The position numbers and the translations under genes are program-made. Shown in pieces: positions 52,400 through 63,500 of a DNA stretch of 64,000 nt (positions within the stretch are counted from its first letter, which is position 1; each line of letters begins with the position of its first letter). The notes under the pieces are model-generated. The model saw only the letters and a program-made list of their open reading frames with translations. It did no database searches and was not told the origin of the DNA. Origin of the DNA: Synechococcales cyanobacterium CRU_2_2 (GTDB taxonomy: Bacteria > Cyanobacteriota > Cyanobacteriia > PCC-9006 > JAAUQQ01); the NCBI GenBank assembly GCA_012034805.1, contig JAAUOP010000008.1:982-64981 (forward strand), read 5' to 3'.

Positions 52400-52822
52400 C
52401 TACCCCGCCAAACTCTTCAGAACCCAGCCGATGACAATTCCGAGACCGACGAACCGGATCATTTGCCAAAAAACTTCGCGAAAGCTATCCCAAGAAAACA
52501 GCTGACTTTCGATCGCCACCTCAATCTGCTCCAGCTGCTGCTGAATGTCTTTTAGCTCAGCCTGAATCGCCGCAGCCTCCGTTCCTCCTCCAGCGTTGGC
52601 CCCAGACGATCCTTCGGCGCTGGGCGATGCCCAGCGCCCCAGCTGAGCGGCCTCCTCCCGCAGTTCCTCCTGCATCCGCAAATCGCGCCGCACTTGGCTG
52701 TAGCGGTCTTTCAGCACTTCAAACTGCTGTTGCACCTTCGCCAACCCCGCCTCGACCTCAGCCCAATCCTCAGGCTGAGTGGCAGAATGGGCATCGCGGG
52801 ATTCGCCACTAGACCGGGGCAT
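52400..52822 (-). CDS. Conserved cyanobacterial coiled-coil protein with C-terminal TM
   Basis: LKDRYSQV...IESQLFSW...FWQMIRFVGLGIVIGW. Confidence 0.75.
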   Translation of the reverse strand: MPRSSGESRDAHSATQPEDWAEVEAGLAKVQQQFEVLKDRYSQVRRDLRMQEELREEAAQLGRWASPSAEGSSGANAGGGTEAAAIQAELKDIQQQLEQIEVAIESQLFSWDSFREVFWQMIRFVGLGIVIGWVLKSLAG

Positions 52823-52869
52823 AGGTCAAAATAGAAACAGAACCTCCCGAATGTAGCAAGGAATCCGCA

Positions 52870-53199
52870 TTGATGATGACCCCGCACCCGACCCCCAACC
52901 CAGTGGATACCGTCACGGGACTCAAGAGCCCGCTGCAAGAGCAAGTGGAGCATCTGAGTACCGAGGAACTGGCCCAGGCTCTGGCCGAACGGCTGACCCT
53001 TACTGAAGGCAACTGGCACAAGCAGAAGGCCAACCGCAGTATCCGCGCCAAAGAACAAGTCAGTGTGGCCTTGGTCTTTCTGCTGCGAGGTCAGCCCCAA
53101 GAGGCCCTGCCTCGGCTCCAGCAGGCGGTGGGCTGGCTCGATCGCTCAATTTCTGCGCTGCCTTGCCCGAGCCATGGCGATCGCATCCCACAGCGATGA
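52870..53199 (+). CDS. Conserved cyanobacterial protein (DUF6439-like)
   Basis: ELAQALAERL...WH..KANR..RAKEQ...GWLDRSISALPCPSHG. Confidence 0.75.
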   Translation: MMMTPHPTPNPVDTVTGLKSPLQEQVEHLSTEELAQALAERLTLTEGNWHKQKANRSIRAKEQVSVALVFLLRGQPQEALPRLQQAVGWLDRSISALPCPSHGDRIPQR

Positions 53200-53259
53200 C
53201 TCAAAATGACAACACCCAGTAACGACGTAGGGTAGCTGCGGGTCATTCGCAACATCCTG

Positions 53260-53341
53260 CCCTCATCCCCGGCTCCCCCTCTCCCTGGGGAGCCGGGTTC
53301 AAAGTCCCTCTCCCATAAGGAGAGGGATTGAAGGTGAGGGA
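53260..53341. repeat. Cyanobacterial REP-like composite palindromic element
   Basis: CCCTCATCCCC...CCCGGCTCCCC/GGGGAGCCGGG and CCCTCTCC/GGAGAGGG hairpins ending GGTGAGGG. Confidence 0.65.
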
Positions 53342-53556
53342 AATCATTGAGCCACAACGCCCTAATCTGTGCCAGCGGCATCGTCAGTTTATCAACAATA
53401 ATTGTCAACAATAATTTTTCATCAACAATTTTCTCGTCAACAATTTAGACACATTCGTCAATCATTCAGCCAGCTTATCTAAACAATTCAGCCACTTTGT
53501 CTAGATCTGTTGACAAAGCTATTATCATATCCTTCTGACATTAGGGTATTTCTGTC

Positions 53557-54213
53557 ATGGCTAAAATCTACGAGTTACATCCTCAGAACCCCCAATCTCG
53601 TACGATTGAGCAAGTTGTCAAGCAATTGCGAAATGGAGCAGTAATGCTCTACCCGACGGATACCGTATATGCGATCGGATGTGATTTGAACTCAAAGTCA
53701 GCGATTCAGAAAGTTCGAGAAATTAAGCAACTCTCCAATGAAAAGCCGCTAACATTCCTGTGCCCTTCGCTATCTAACATTGCCGACTACGCCGTGGTTC
53801 ATGATTTTGCTTATAAGGCGATGCGTCGTTTGATCCCTGGGCCTTATACCTTTATCTTGCCTGCGACCAAGTTGGTGCCTAAGCTGGTCATGAGTCCAAA
53901 GCGGAAAACCACCGGCATTCGTGTGCCAGATCAAGCTGTTTGTCAGACCCTGCTTGAGACCCTCGGTAATCCTCTTATTTCTACCTCTGCAAACGTGGCT
54001 GACGAAGAGGATGATACAGAAGTTTTTCTATCTCGTTATGAGTTATTTGATGCTCTAGAAAATCAGGTTGATCTGATTCTGGATCAAGGTGAAGATTGTC
54101 AGGCCAGAACCTCAACTATGATTGACATGACTGGTTCTGAGCCCCTGATTTTACGCCAAGGATTGGGCTATGAGGCCGTCGCAATGTTCGAGCTTGCAGA
54201 GTCGATCGATTAA
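53557..54213 (+). CDS. Sua5/YciO/YrdC family protein
   Basis: YPTDTVYAIGC, PGPYTFIL, GIRVP, STSAN. Confidence 0.9.
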   Translation: MAKIYELHPQNPQSRTIEQVVKQLRNGAVMLYPTDTVYAIGCDLNSKSAIQKVREIKQLSNEKPLTFLCPSLSNIADYAVVHDFAYKAMRRLIPGPYTFILPATKLVPKLVMSPKRKTTGIRVPDQAVCQTLLETLGNPLISTSANVADEEDDTEVFLSRYELFDALENQVDLILDQGEDCQARTSTMIDMTGSEPLILRQGLGYEAVAMFELAESID

Positions 54214-54414
54214 GCTGATTTCTCCTCCAGGGTTGTTTCATGTTGCCTAGAGACGCGATTAGGTTTTCTTGCGATCGCCCACAAACCCTATCTATCAAGC
54301 CTTGACCGTAGAGTTTGGAATCGTTTCTAAACGCCCTGTAGCCCTGCTTAAGCGCTTCATCTTCCAGCGCACCCTGTCGGGTTCATTCCGCGTTCAGAAC
54401 GGACTTCAAACACC

Positions 54415-54792
54415 ATGTCCAAAAATCCTCAATTGCAATTTTTCCAGGCCGCCTTCGTGATTCTGGCACTGGCCTGCCTCCTCCTTTCACCCCAAGCATC
54501 GAGCAGCACCAAGGTTCTCATTCCCGCTGCCAGTCGCACCTGTCCCGAGGATCTGCGGGTCGTCCAACTGGAGGCCAACGCCGTTCTCAACCTGCGCGCC
54601 AAACCCAATGGTGAAATTCTCAATCAGCTCGCCCCCGGCCAGGTGGTCTTTGTCGATCGCTACGATCGCACCAGCACCTGGGCCAAAATCGTCCTCAGCG
54701 ACAGCACCGGTGCCCGCCGAGAAAACCGTCGAGGCTGGGTTCTGAATCAGTATCTCGTCAACGGCACAGGCTGCCCCAACAGCCTCGGCTGA
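54415..54792 (+). CDS. Secreted SH3-like domain protein
   Basis: Signal peptide, LNLRAKP...W.KI...GWV...YL. Confidence 0.75.
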   Translation: MSKNPQLQFFQAAFVILALACLLLSPQASSSTKVLIPAASRTCPEDLRVVQLEANAVLNLRAKPNGEILNQLAPGQVVFVDRYDRTSTWAKIVLSDSTGARRENRRGWVLNQYLVNGTGCPNSLG

Positions 54793-54908
54793 CCAGACTC
54801 ACCCCCTACCTAATTTCGACAAAATTTCGACAAAATTCTGACAAAATCGATGCCCCGCCACCGTCCTTCGCTATCATCAGGGATGCCAGACTTCAGGAGC
54901 CTCGAACC

Positions 54909-55499
54909 GTTTATACTCCGCCCCTTGCCCGTCTTATCGAGCACCTACAACGTTTACCCGGCATTGGGCCTAAATCTGCCCAGCGGCTAGCGCTCCATAT
55001 TTTAAATCGCCCAGAGGCTGAAATCGAGGCCCTAGCCCAGTCTCTGGTGGACGCCAAAAAACAGGTGGGGCAATGCTCTGTTTGTTTTCATCTGTCAGCA
55101 GAACCCGTTTGCAATATTTGTCGGGCTCCTAACCGGGACAATCAGACCATTTGCGTTGTGGCTGACTCCCGTGACGTCATTGCTCTCGAAAAAACCCGCG
55201 AGTATCGCGGCAAGTATCATGTGCTGGGTGGCTTAATTTCTCCGATGGACGGCATCGGCCCAGAACAGCTCACGATTCAACCGCTGGTGCGGCGGGTGAG
55301 CCAGCAGGGCACCGGAGAAGTTATCTTGGCGATCAGCCCCAGTGTCGAGGGCGAGACAACAACGCTCTATCTGGGACATTTGCTCAAGCCGTTTACCAAG
55401 GTGACCCGGATTGCCTTTGGGTTGCCCATGGGGGGCGACCTCGAATATGCAGACGAAGTCACCCTGGCCCGAGCCCTCGAAGGTCGGCGAGAGTTTTAG
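54909..55499 (+). CDS. recR: Recombination mediator RecR, apparently with a non-canonical start
   Basis: [28 protein letters not shown] is in frame upstream of the called ORF; C4 zinc finger, Toprim, ARALEGRR. Confidence 0.95.
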   Translation, partial: VYTPPLARLIEHLQRLPGIGPKSAQRLALHILNRPEAEIEALAQSLVDAKKQVGQCSVCFHLSAEPVCNICRAPNRDNQTICVVADSRDVIALEKTREYRGKYHVLGGLISPMDGIGPEQLTIQPLVRRVSQQGTGEVILAISPSVEGETTTLYLGHLLKPFTKVTRIAFGLPMGGDLEYADEVTLARALEGRREF

Positions 55500-56041
55500 G
55501 CGAGCTTTTGGCGGACAAAGGCGACCACTTGACCCAACTGCTTTTTGAGCGCTGCCACTTCGGTTTCGAGGGTTTCGATGCGAGCCTTGAGCGCGGCGAC
55601 CTCTTCGGTGCCTGCACCGCTGGTGGCAGTGGGCGTGGCGGCGATCGCCGCCGTCTGAGGCCGCTTGCGAGCCTTCATCATGGCTGACTTAATCGCCAGG
55701 ATCAGCTCTTCTTTCTCGAAAGGTTTTTCAATGAACTCAAAATATTCAAAGGGTTCTGGCAGTTTCTCGGTCACCTCTTCCTTGCGACCGGACATCACCA
55801 CCAGCGGAATCGCCTGGAGCGAGCTATCCGCTTGAATATTCTGAAAGACTTCCCAACCGTTCATCTTGGGGAGCAAAAAGTCCAGCATGATCAAGGTTGG
55901 ACGCTCTTCGCGAATCAGACGTAGACCTTCTAGACCATCTTTCGCTTCTAAAATTTCAAAGTTCCCTGTCGGGAGCATATCCTGCACCCGCATCCGAATG
56001 ACCTTGCTGTCATCAATGACCAGAATCTTGTGAGATGCCAC
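55496..56041 (-). CDS. Response regulator receiver with C-terminal coiled coil
   Basis: ILVIDDS, MLDFLLP, VMSG, IEKPF. Confidence 0.9.
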   Translation of the reverse strand: MASHKILVIDDSKVIRMRVQDMLPTGNFEILEAKDGLEGLRLIREERPTLIMLDFLLPKMNGWEVFQNIQADSSLQAIPLVVMSGRKEEVTEKLPEPFEYFEFIEKPFEKEELILAIKSAMMKARKRPQTAAIAATPTATSGAGTEEVAALKARIETLETEVAALKKQLGQVVAFVRQKLA

Positions 56042-56693
56042 GGCTACTTCCTACTTCCTTTATGAGCTGTTTGTGAATGTCTGGCCATTTTGCAGCAGCC
56101 CCAAACCAAGGTCAAACATTGGGTTAGCACTGGGGCGCAATCCGCAGGGATGGGGCTTTCCTCGCTTTGCAGCGGCTTCAGAAAACGGCGGTGCACAGGG
56201 CTCTGCCGCTACGATAGCATAGCAATCTTGAGGAGACTATTGTGGCTCAGACTAACGTTCGTTCGGGGAATTTCCATGCTAGAAACGCCCGCTCAATGTA
56301 GAAGACCCCTCGACCGAATGGCTCCTGACTAGGGCATGAGGCTAGGGTGCGAGATTGGCTTGGCCAAGCTCTGAAGGAGCGCTATCCATTGTTCCCAGAA
56401 GATTTCCAGAAGTTGACTTGGCACCACGGGCTAGCCACGGATCCGAGATAATCTCTGGCTGACACATCGGCGGATGCGTCCCCTACAGTATTCCCTCTCC
56501 CAGGGAAATTGACATCGCGATCGGCTTGGGGATTTTGTCGAAGATCGGTCTCGTCTCTCCGTCATTCTCTGCGGCTGTGCCCCCATCTTGTTTAATTGGC
56601 TTGCATCTTTCAGATCCGGCTTTACGCTTTAAATCTGGCCTTGAGCAGCCAGATTTTCGGTTCATTTCTCTCATTTTGCGTTGAGCATCGCCC

Positions 56694-57638
56694 ATGTCTG
56701 GTTCCCACGCGTCCGGTTCGCAAATGTCCGATTCCCAAATGTCCGGTTCCCAAGCATTACCAGAGGCGCTGCCTCCCTGGCTCAAACGCCCCATTGGCAA
56801 AGCCAGTGAACTGTCCCAGGTGCAGCAAATTATTAAACAGCGCCAAATCCACACGATTTGCGAAGAGGGCCGCTGTCCGAATCGGGGCGAGTGCTACGCC
56901 CAGGGCACAGCGACGTTTCTGCTCATGGGGCCGATTTGCACCCGCGCCTGCGGCTTTTGTCAGGTGGACAAGGGCCATGCCCCCATGCCTTTGGATCCCC
57001 AGGAACCCGAGAAGGTGGCGGAGTCGGTGGCGCTGCTGGGGTTGCGCTATGTGGTGCTGACGTCGGTTACTCGTGATGACTTGGCGGATCAAGGGGCGGG
57101 TTGGTTTGCGCAGACGATGTTGGCCATTCGTCGCCGTTGCCCGGATACCCAAATTGAGGTGTTGACGCCAGACTTTTGGGGCGGAGAGCAGGATGCAAGC
57201 AAGGCAAAGACGGTTCAGGCCGATCGCATCGCCACCGTTGTGGCCGCAGCGCCCGCCTGCTACAACCACAATCTCGAAACCGTGCGTCGTCTCCAGGGTC
57301 GGGTACGCCGGGGGGCAAAATACGAGCGATCGCGCCAAGTTCTCACCACCGTCAAACAGCTCAATCCCGATATTCCCACCAAATCCGGCCTCATGCTGGG
57401 CCACGGCGAAACCTCTGAGGAGATTCTCGAAACATTGCGGGATCTTCGCCAGTCGGGCTGCGATCGCCTCACCCTGGGTCAATACATGCGACCATCCCTC
57501 GAACATCTCCCTGTCGTGAAATATTGGACCCCCGAAGAATTTGATCAGTGGGGGGCGATCGCCCGTGAACTAGGCTTTCGCCACGTGCGCTCTGGCCCCC
57601 TCGTGCGCAGTTCTTACCACGCGGGAGAGTCCGCGTGA
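56694..57638 (+). CDS. lipA: Lipoyl synthase
   Basis: [27 protein letters not shown]; N-terminal 15-bp repeat x4 gives several possible starts. Confidence 0.95.
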   Translation: MSGSHASGSQMSDSQMSGSQALPEALPPWLKRPIGKASELSQVQQIIKQRQIHTICEEGRCPNRGECYAQGTATFLLMGPICTRACGFCQVDKGHAPMPLDPQEPEKVAESVALLGLRYVVLTSVTRDDLADQGAGWFAQTMLAIRRRCPDTQIEVLTPDFWGGEQDASKAKTVQADRIATVVAAAPACYNHNLETVRRLQGRVRRGAKYERSRQVLTTVKQLNPDIPTKSGLMLGHGETSEEILETLRDLRQSGCDRLTLGQYMRPSLEHLPVVKYWTPEEFDQWGAIARELGFRHVRSGPLVRSSYHAGESA

Positions 57639-58174
57639 TGGGTGAGTTCCCCGATTTTGAGGCGATTTCACCCCCCCTGGGCGAAACCCTCCTCGGGGTT
57701 CCTCCCCCCAGTGACCTGGGCCTTTGGCGGGGGTGGCCTCTCCCTCCCCATGAAGCAGGGGTAAAACCCCCTAGAAATTACTGAAAAAATTAATAGGGCA
57801 AACTTGCGTGCTCCTCCGGTGGTGGTTGCCCCAGGTCGGGCAAATATGGCCGGTCACTTCGGGGATGTTGCGGACAAAATGAGTGGAGTTGGAGCGATTT
57901 CTTTTATTTTGAAAAAAATAAAAACAGAAGGCCTATGAAGGTATCACGAAAATAAGTGCTTTAACGGATTAGTTCCGAGAGCGGAAAGACTTATAAATAC
58001 AGACATGGCCCCCCAGAGGGGCTGACACCTTCAGGGGATGCGCAAGCGGGCTCCCACCCCTTCGAGCGCTCTGCGGTATGAAACCGGTTTTTCTGCCGAG
58101 TTCTATCCGACACCTTTGTGGGTCTCATAACAATCCCCCTTGTGCCATGGTGTTTTACACCCGAGGAAATCAAT

Positions 58175-58363
58175 ATGGAAGTTGCAGTTGCTGCGATCGC
58201 GCTGATTACGCTGTTTTGCGGAAAAGCCGTCTGTTTAGAAAATTCTTCATCTCGGCCCGGCATGCAAAAAAACCGAGACTTAGATGAAATGCGCGAGTAT
58301 ATGGAATATGTGCTTCTGGAGGAGCAGCTCTCCCAAGCGACCCTGGGCAAACGCAGAAGATAG
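58175..58363 (+). CDS. Small protein (62 aa) with hydrophobic N-terminus
   Basis: GAGG SD before ATG; MEVAVAAIALITLFCGKAV then a charged tail. Confidence 0.5.
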   Translation: MEVAVAAIALITLFCGKAVCLENSSSRPGMQKNRDLDEMREYMEYVLLEEQLSQATLGKRRR

Positions 58364-58517
58364 GCCAAGGTCGGGGCTGTGCGTCGTTTGTGTAAGAGGT
58401 TTATTACAATTCGAACCAGTTGTGATCGCTTTTCGACCGTTAATTTATTGAACCGTTTATTACCTGAGGTGATGTCTTAACGAATCCAATTTTTATCTCT
58501 TGAAACAATGGCTTTTA

Positions 58518-58570
58518 GGCTGGGGAGAGGTTCCCAGTAGACGAGCTGGGGAGAGGTCCTCAGCTTTTTT
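58518..58570. ncRNA. Candidate twin-hairpin small RNA, or tandem terminator
   Basis: GCTGGGGAGAGGT x2, each forming a stem-loop with an AGAGGT loop; the second is followed by a T-run. Confidence 0.35.
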
Positions 58571-58787
58571 CTTGTCTGCGTCTGGCTCATGACTGGCCCA
58601 TGACTGGTCAATTACTGTCGTCCGAGAAATTGTTGTTTTGTATTGATTGTTGTCTCAGCGACTGGAGCGGCTACGTAAAATCCCTCGGTATTTTGCCAGC
58701 ACCCCAGCGAGTTTTGACAAAAATTCCGGAATTTCCGCACAATCTCAGAAATTTTACCTAGATGATCTCAAACAGAGGCCTAGGTTC

Positions 58788-58865
58788 ATGGGTATTGCAA
58801 TTCCAGCGATGATTTTGATTATTCTGATTTGCACCAATGGAGTCTTGGGGGATTCGAAGGATTAG
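58788..58865 (+). CDS. Small hydrophobic peptide (25 aa)
   Basis: MGIAIPAMILIILICTNGVLGDSKD, GAGG upstream; resembles the N-terminus of 58175-58363. Confidence 0.35.
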   Translation: MGIAIPAMILIILICTNGVLGDSKD

Positions 58866-59646
58866 ATCACAATTTCATCGATCTGAGCCCAGTCCACCGC
58901 CAGCCAATTCGAAGCCAGCGTCACTGCAAAGGCATTTGCACCGCGCCCGCAGCGTTCGGCAAAAGGACAGCGATCGCACAGCCCCGAGCCACTTCCACCT
59001 GAGGAAGTGGCTGCCCGTTCTGGTAGTGGGTTCGCCACCGATCTAGGCGATCGAGGGTTTGCAGTAGCGTGTTGTGAATTTGCTGGTGCTGGGTTGGGCC
59101 ATAGGGGATGTGCAAGGACTGGGCTTTTTCCTGGACAAACCAGTAGGTCATGGAGATTTGCTCGGGCCTGTATTCGCTGGTCTCGGCGAGGGCATAACAA
59201 TAAAGGCGAGTTTGCCAGTGCTCCGCGAGCCAGCGGTCGTTTTGTGGGCGGGGATAGGTTTTCCAGTCGATGATTTGGGCGCGATCTGGCTCCGTCAGCA
59301 GTAGGTCGTACACCACGCTAAAGCTGTGGCCTCCCAGGGCGAAGCTCCGGAGGTGCTCGCTAAATCGCTGGGGTTTTGGCTCGGGTGTCTGGGTCGAAAA
59401 TAAGTCGGGCGCGATCGCCCCAATGGCCTGTACTGATTCTCGAAAGGCCGGATCACCGGCTAGCAGCGTTTCCACGGGCAGCCCCAGCTGTTGTTGCTGC
59501 ATGAGCAAATGAAAGCGATCGCCCCAGATCAGACCTGCCTGCTGCTCGGGCGAGGGCAACAGTGCACATTGTTCTAACACCATGTACTGGAACTTGCGGG
59601 GGCAGGTGTCTAAAAGCGAAAGTTGTCCTTGGGAAAGACGTAGCAC
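58862..59646 (-). CDS. PD-(D/E)XK nuclease family protein; frameshift near 58985
   Basis: LSQGQL...CPRKFQ, YDLL...IIDWKT, WQTRLY; C-terminal CDRCPFAERC in the alternative frame. Confidence 0.85.
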
Positions 59647-59940
59647 AGGCTGTCTCAGTAGTTTCTTTTGCTTGCCAGCGGGTCATCGGACACAATCTGC
59701 GATTTTAGTTGCTAGTCTAGAGCAACTTCAGTCTAGAGGAACCGATGGAGATCTTTGCGGTTCTGCTTTCGACTCCGACCCTAAGGAACGAGGATTAGAT
59801 TAGACCATAATCACCACTTAGCAACCAATTTTCATCCGGCTAATGCCGGTACTGTCCTGCTTCGGAGTGATGTGCTCTGAAACCTAGTAAATTCGTGGAT
59901 TTTTGCTACGAGATTTTGTTGATCACTCTTTTAAGTGATA

Positions 59941-60008
59941 GTGCTTCTAAATGGCAGTGCTTCTAAATGGCAGTGCTTCTAAATGGCAGTGCTTCTAAAT
60001 GGCAGTGC
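59941..60008. repeat. 16-bp perfect tandem repeat x4
   Basis: GTGCTTCTAAATGGCA x4, 25 nt upstream of ATG 60033. Confidence 0.9.
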
Positions 60009-60032
60009 CCCCATCACAACCCCACAGTCCCC

Positions 60033-60464
60033 ATGACCTCCTTCCCCACACCTGACAGCATCGCCCACCTGGCCCAATCCCCCGCCGCCGACCCCGAAGC
60101 GATCGCCCTCCTCAGCCAAGCCCAAGACTTCGAGACCGCCTTCGACGCCATTCTCGCCGCCCAATTTCCCGATAACCAGCTCTTCGGCGACCCCAGCAAC
60201 CCCAAACCCTCCCTCTGGAAACTCTTTCTCAAACGCCTCCAGCAAGAAATCTGCGGCACCGACGACAGCCTGCGCAGCCTCATTCAAGAAACCAAAAAGA
60301 ACCCCGGCAACGCAACATTAGTAACCGGAATGATCACCGCAATCGTCAACCTCTCAGGATTTCCATTGCCGATCGACTCCGCGATCGCCACCGCGATCGC
60401 CCTCTACCTTCTCCACATCAGCATCGACGTCTTCTGCGAATGGTCTACTCCCGTAAGGATTTAG
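60033..60464 (+). CDS. Hypothetical protein with two C-terminal hydrophobic helices
   Basis: SLWKLFLKRLQQEICG...LVTGMITAIV...IATAIALYLLHISIDVFCEW; consistent codon bias. Confidence 0.7.
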   Translation: MTSFPTPDSIAHLAQSPAADPEAIALLSQAQDFETAFDAILAAQFPDNQLFGDPSNPKPSLWKLFLKRLQQEICGTDDSLRSLIQETKKNPGNATLVTGMITAIVNLSGFPLPIDSAIATAIALYLLHISIDVFCEWSTPVRI

Positions 60465-60578
60465 GTCAAGGGGGAGGAATGAGGGTAGCAACTTAAGATG
60501 GGACAAAATCCTTTTGAAGATACCTGAAACATTTATGGGCTGGAAGGCTCTCTGGGTAAGGTGTCCCGACTTAAACTC

Positions 60579-63500
60579 TTACTCTTGGCTGACGTGGGTT
60601 AACAACTGCATGACTTCGGGTTCGCTGATACCTAAAAGGGTGCTGATTTGGGTGGGGAGTTGGGGGGATGGGTTGGCTTGGTAAAGGCGAGAGAGATATC
60701 TAAATACCATTGCTAGCGAATGATTATCTTGAAATTCCCTGAAGATTGTTAAGGCTTGGAATAGCTGCTGCATAGCCTCTTCAGACTGACCTTCTGCTTT
60801 AGCAAGAAGCCCTAATTGCCCATACGTGCTGGCTTGACTGTAGCGATCGCCGAACTCGATTTTGATTTGGAGCGCTTGTTGGTAATCGGTTCTGGCCTGC
60901 TCAAACTCGCGCAACTCCTGCGCCACCGTCCCCAACTGGTGGTACGTGCTGGCTTTCGCAATTTGTTTCCACTGATTATCGATATCTCTCAATTCATCAA
61001 GTGTCGTGAGAGTTTGAGAATAAGCAACTCTAGCATTCTCATATTTTTGAAGATTCAAATAGCATTCTGACAAACGATCAAATGCCATGACTATCTCTGC
61101 CCCAACACTCCCTGATTTAAGAGTTATAGGATAGTTTCTCAACACTTCACAAACTGACTGAGCTAGTGGAAGTCGATTATTCGTATCGTTCTGAACCCTG
61201 TGATAAAAATCTAGCTTCAGAAAAATGCCAGGACTCTCCTGCCGCTCTAACGCAATCTGCAATGCATTGTAGAGATTCTCATACTCCAACTTGCAAAACA
61301 AAATCCCCATCTGCCGCTGCTGCGGCTCCTTCGATCCCATCAGCTGGTTGTAAGACCCCGCCAAACCCTCATAGTGATTCTTAAACCCCAATCGCAACGC
61401 CTGCTGAAATGCCTCATCCTGCGCTGCCAATTTCGTCTTGAGAAAATAGGGAAACACCGGCTGAATTGTCAGTAAGTTCGGATTCTCCGCATCCACTGGT
61501 GTCAGCAATCCCCAATCGATCGCCTCCTGCACCGCTCCATCCAAAGCCTCGATCGACAACTCCGCAAACGCAGCCCCCGCCGCCTGCAATTGCTTCACAT
61601 AATTCTCTAAATCATTGCGATCGATAAACCCACTAAACAAAGCCAAACACAACAAAGCCCCCTGCGCCCCCTCCGACAAATTGCTATGAGAATATTCCAC
61701 ACATTGCACAATGCTCTCCGTCTTACTCCCCACCCGATCGAGACTCACATCCGCCGCATCCAACCCCCGCAGCACCTCCGCCACCGACTGCCGCCCCAAT
61801 TCGCCAACACCACCTCCATTGCCAACGGATACCCCGCCAACAGCTTCATCAACCGCCCAAACTCTTTATCCTTCAGAATCGCCTCCCGCTTCCCCCCATC
61901 CTTCACATGCCGCACCAGCACCTTCTGCGCCAAATCCGATCGCGCCTGCCCACTCCAACCCCCGCAACTCATACACATTCTCCCCAGAGGCCGATCGCAA
62001 CCAATCCTCCCGCCGCCGCGACCCCAACAGCACCCGCGTCCGCCCACCCGACAACCCCACCAAAAACTCCCGAACCCTTTCCTGCTCCTCAGCATCCAGC
62101 GTATTCATAATCGCCAACGCCTGCCCCGTCACCGACTCCAAATTATCCAGCACCAGTAGCCAATCTTGCGATCGCAACACCTGCACCAACTGCCCCATCT
62201 GCGCCGGAATTGATAGCGACTGAAACGATCGCAACTCCACCTCACCCAACACATCCCGCGCCACCCCAAACAAAATCTGCGGCAACGTCCAAGCCCGTTG
62301 GTCATAGCCAAAATAGCTCACCCCCGCCACAAACCCCGTATTCACCCACCAATCCTGCAAATACCGCAGCAGCGTCGTCTTCCCCGTCCCGCCCATGCCA
62401 TACAGCATCAAAATATTCCCCTCACGGATCAACCCCTTCTCAATCCGCAAAATCTCCAATCCCGCCCCACAAACCCATACTCCGTCCGGAACTGCTGCCC
62501 AAACCGAAACCGCGCCGCCTTCGCCGTAAAATGCGCCTCCACTTCCTCCGGATACATCCGCCGCAACTTCAAATCCACCGCCTGATTGCGATACACCACA
62601 GGCAGCAACCAATCCTCCAGCTCCACCCGCTGCCCAAAATAAGCCCCCCGCCCCTTCTTCTCATACAGCTCCCGCCGCGCCAACCGCATCGCCCGATCGA
62701 ACCCTCTTCCCCCCAGCAGCTCCCGATACAACTCCTCCACCAACAGCTTCGCCGCACTCACCGTCACGCTATAGGCCATCGCCACCACCACCTGCATCCC
62801 CGCATCCATCAACCGCGCCCCCAAACTCGTCTCCCGCCCATCAATCGCATTCGGCTCGGTCCCCCCAGAATTGGTGGCTAGGGGGCCTCCAACCTGCTTC
62901 CCCGACTGACAAGCATTCAACACACAGGCCAAAATCCCATACTGCTTCAACCGATCGCTCAATTCCTGGGCCGTCACCGCGATCGCCCGCCCCGCCCCAT
63001 CCCCCTCAAACATCAAAAACGCCTGCACCCCCTCATACGCCTCCATCTCCGGCAACCCATACCCCCGCTGAAACGCCGGAAACGTTTGATCCCCCCGCCG
63101 CAACGCCTGCGATCGAAACTGCTCAAACGTCATCAACTCACCATGCATATCAAAATGCACCAATGATAAAACCCCGCCCCCCGCTCATCCAACCGCTTCA
63201 CAAACGCCTCCCAACTCCCCGGACGCACCAGCTCCACATTCACGGGTAGTTGCGCATTCTCGATCGCCTCCACCAAAGGCCGCGAAATCGTCCGATAGCC
63301 CACATCCTGGTCCTCATCAGGCCGCACCGTCACCACCAGCAAATTCAGCACCGTCGAATCCTGCCGCTCCACCCGCGCCAACCCATTCCTCACCCGTCGC
63401 CGCCGCACCATCACACAATCCACCGCCAAAGGCCGATCCAGCCCCTCATTCCACAACGCCTCCCAATGCAACCCCTGAAACCCCGGATCCCCCTCAATCA

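Noticed and set aside
57640-58110. Riboswitch or psaX after lipA
   Set aside because: No recognisable aptamer consensus or PsaX-like frame; G/C runs alone are not enough
58391-58408. NtcA site
   Set aside because: Spacing is GTA-N10-TAC, not N8; kept only as an unassigned inverted repeat
59941-60008. Tandem repeats (also 3527, 9273, 30252) as a CRISPR array
   Set aside because: Units are adjacent with no spacers, are too short, and no cas genes are present; the nearby PD-(D/E)XK gene is a common standalone family
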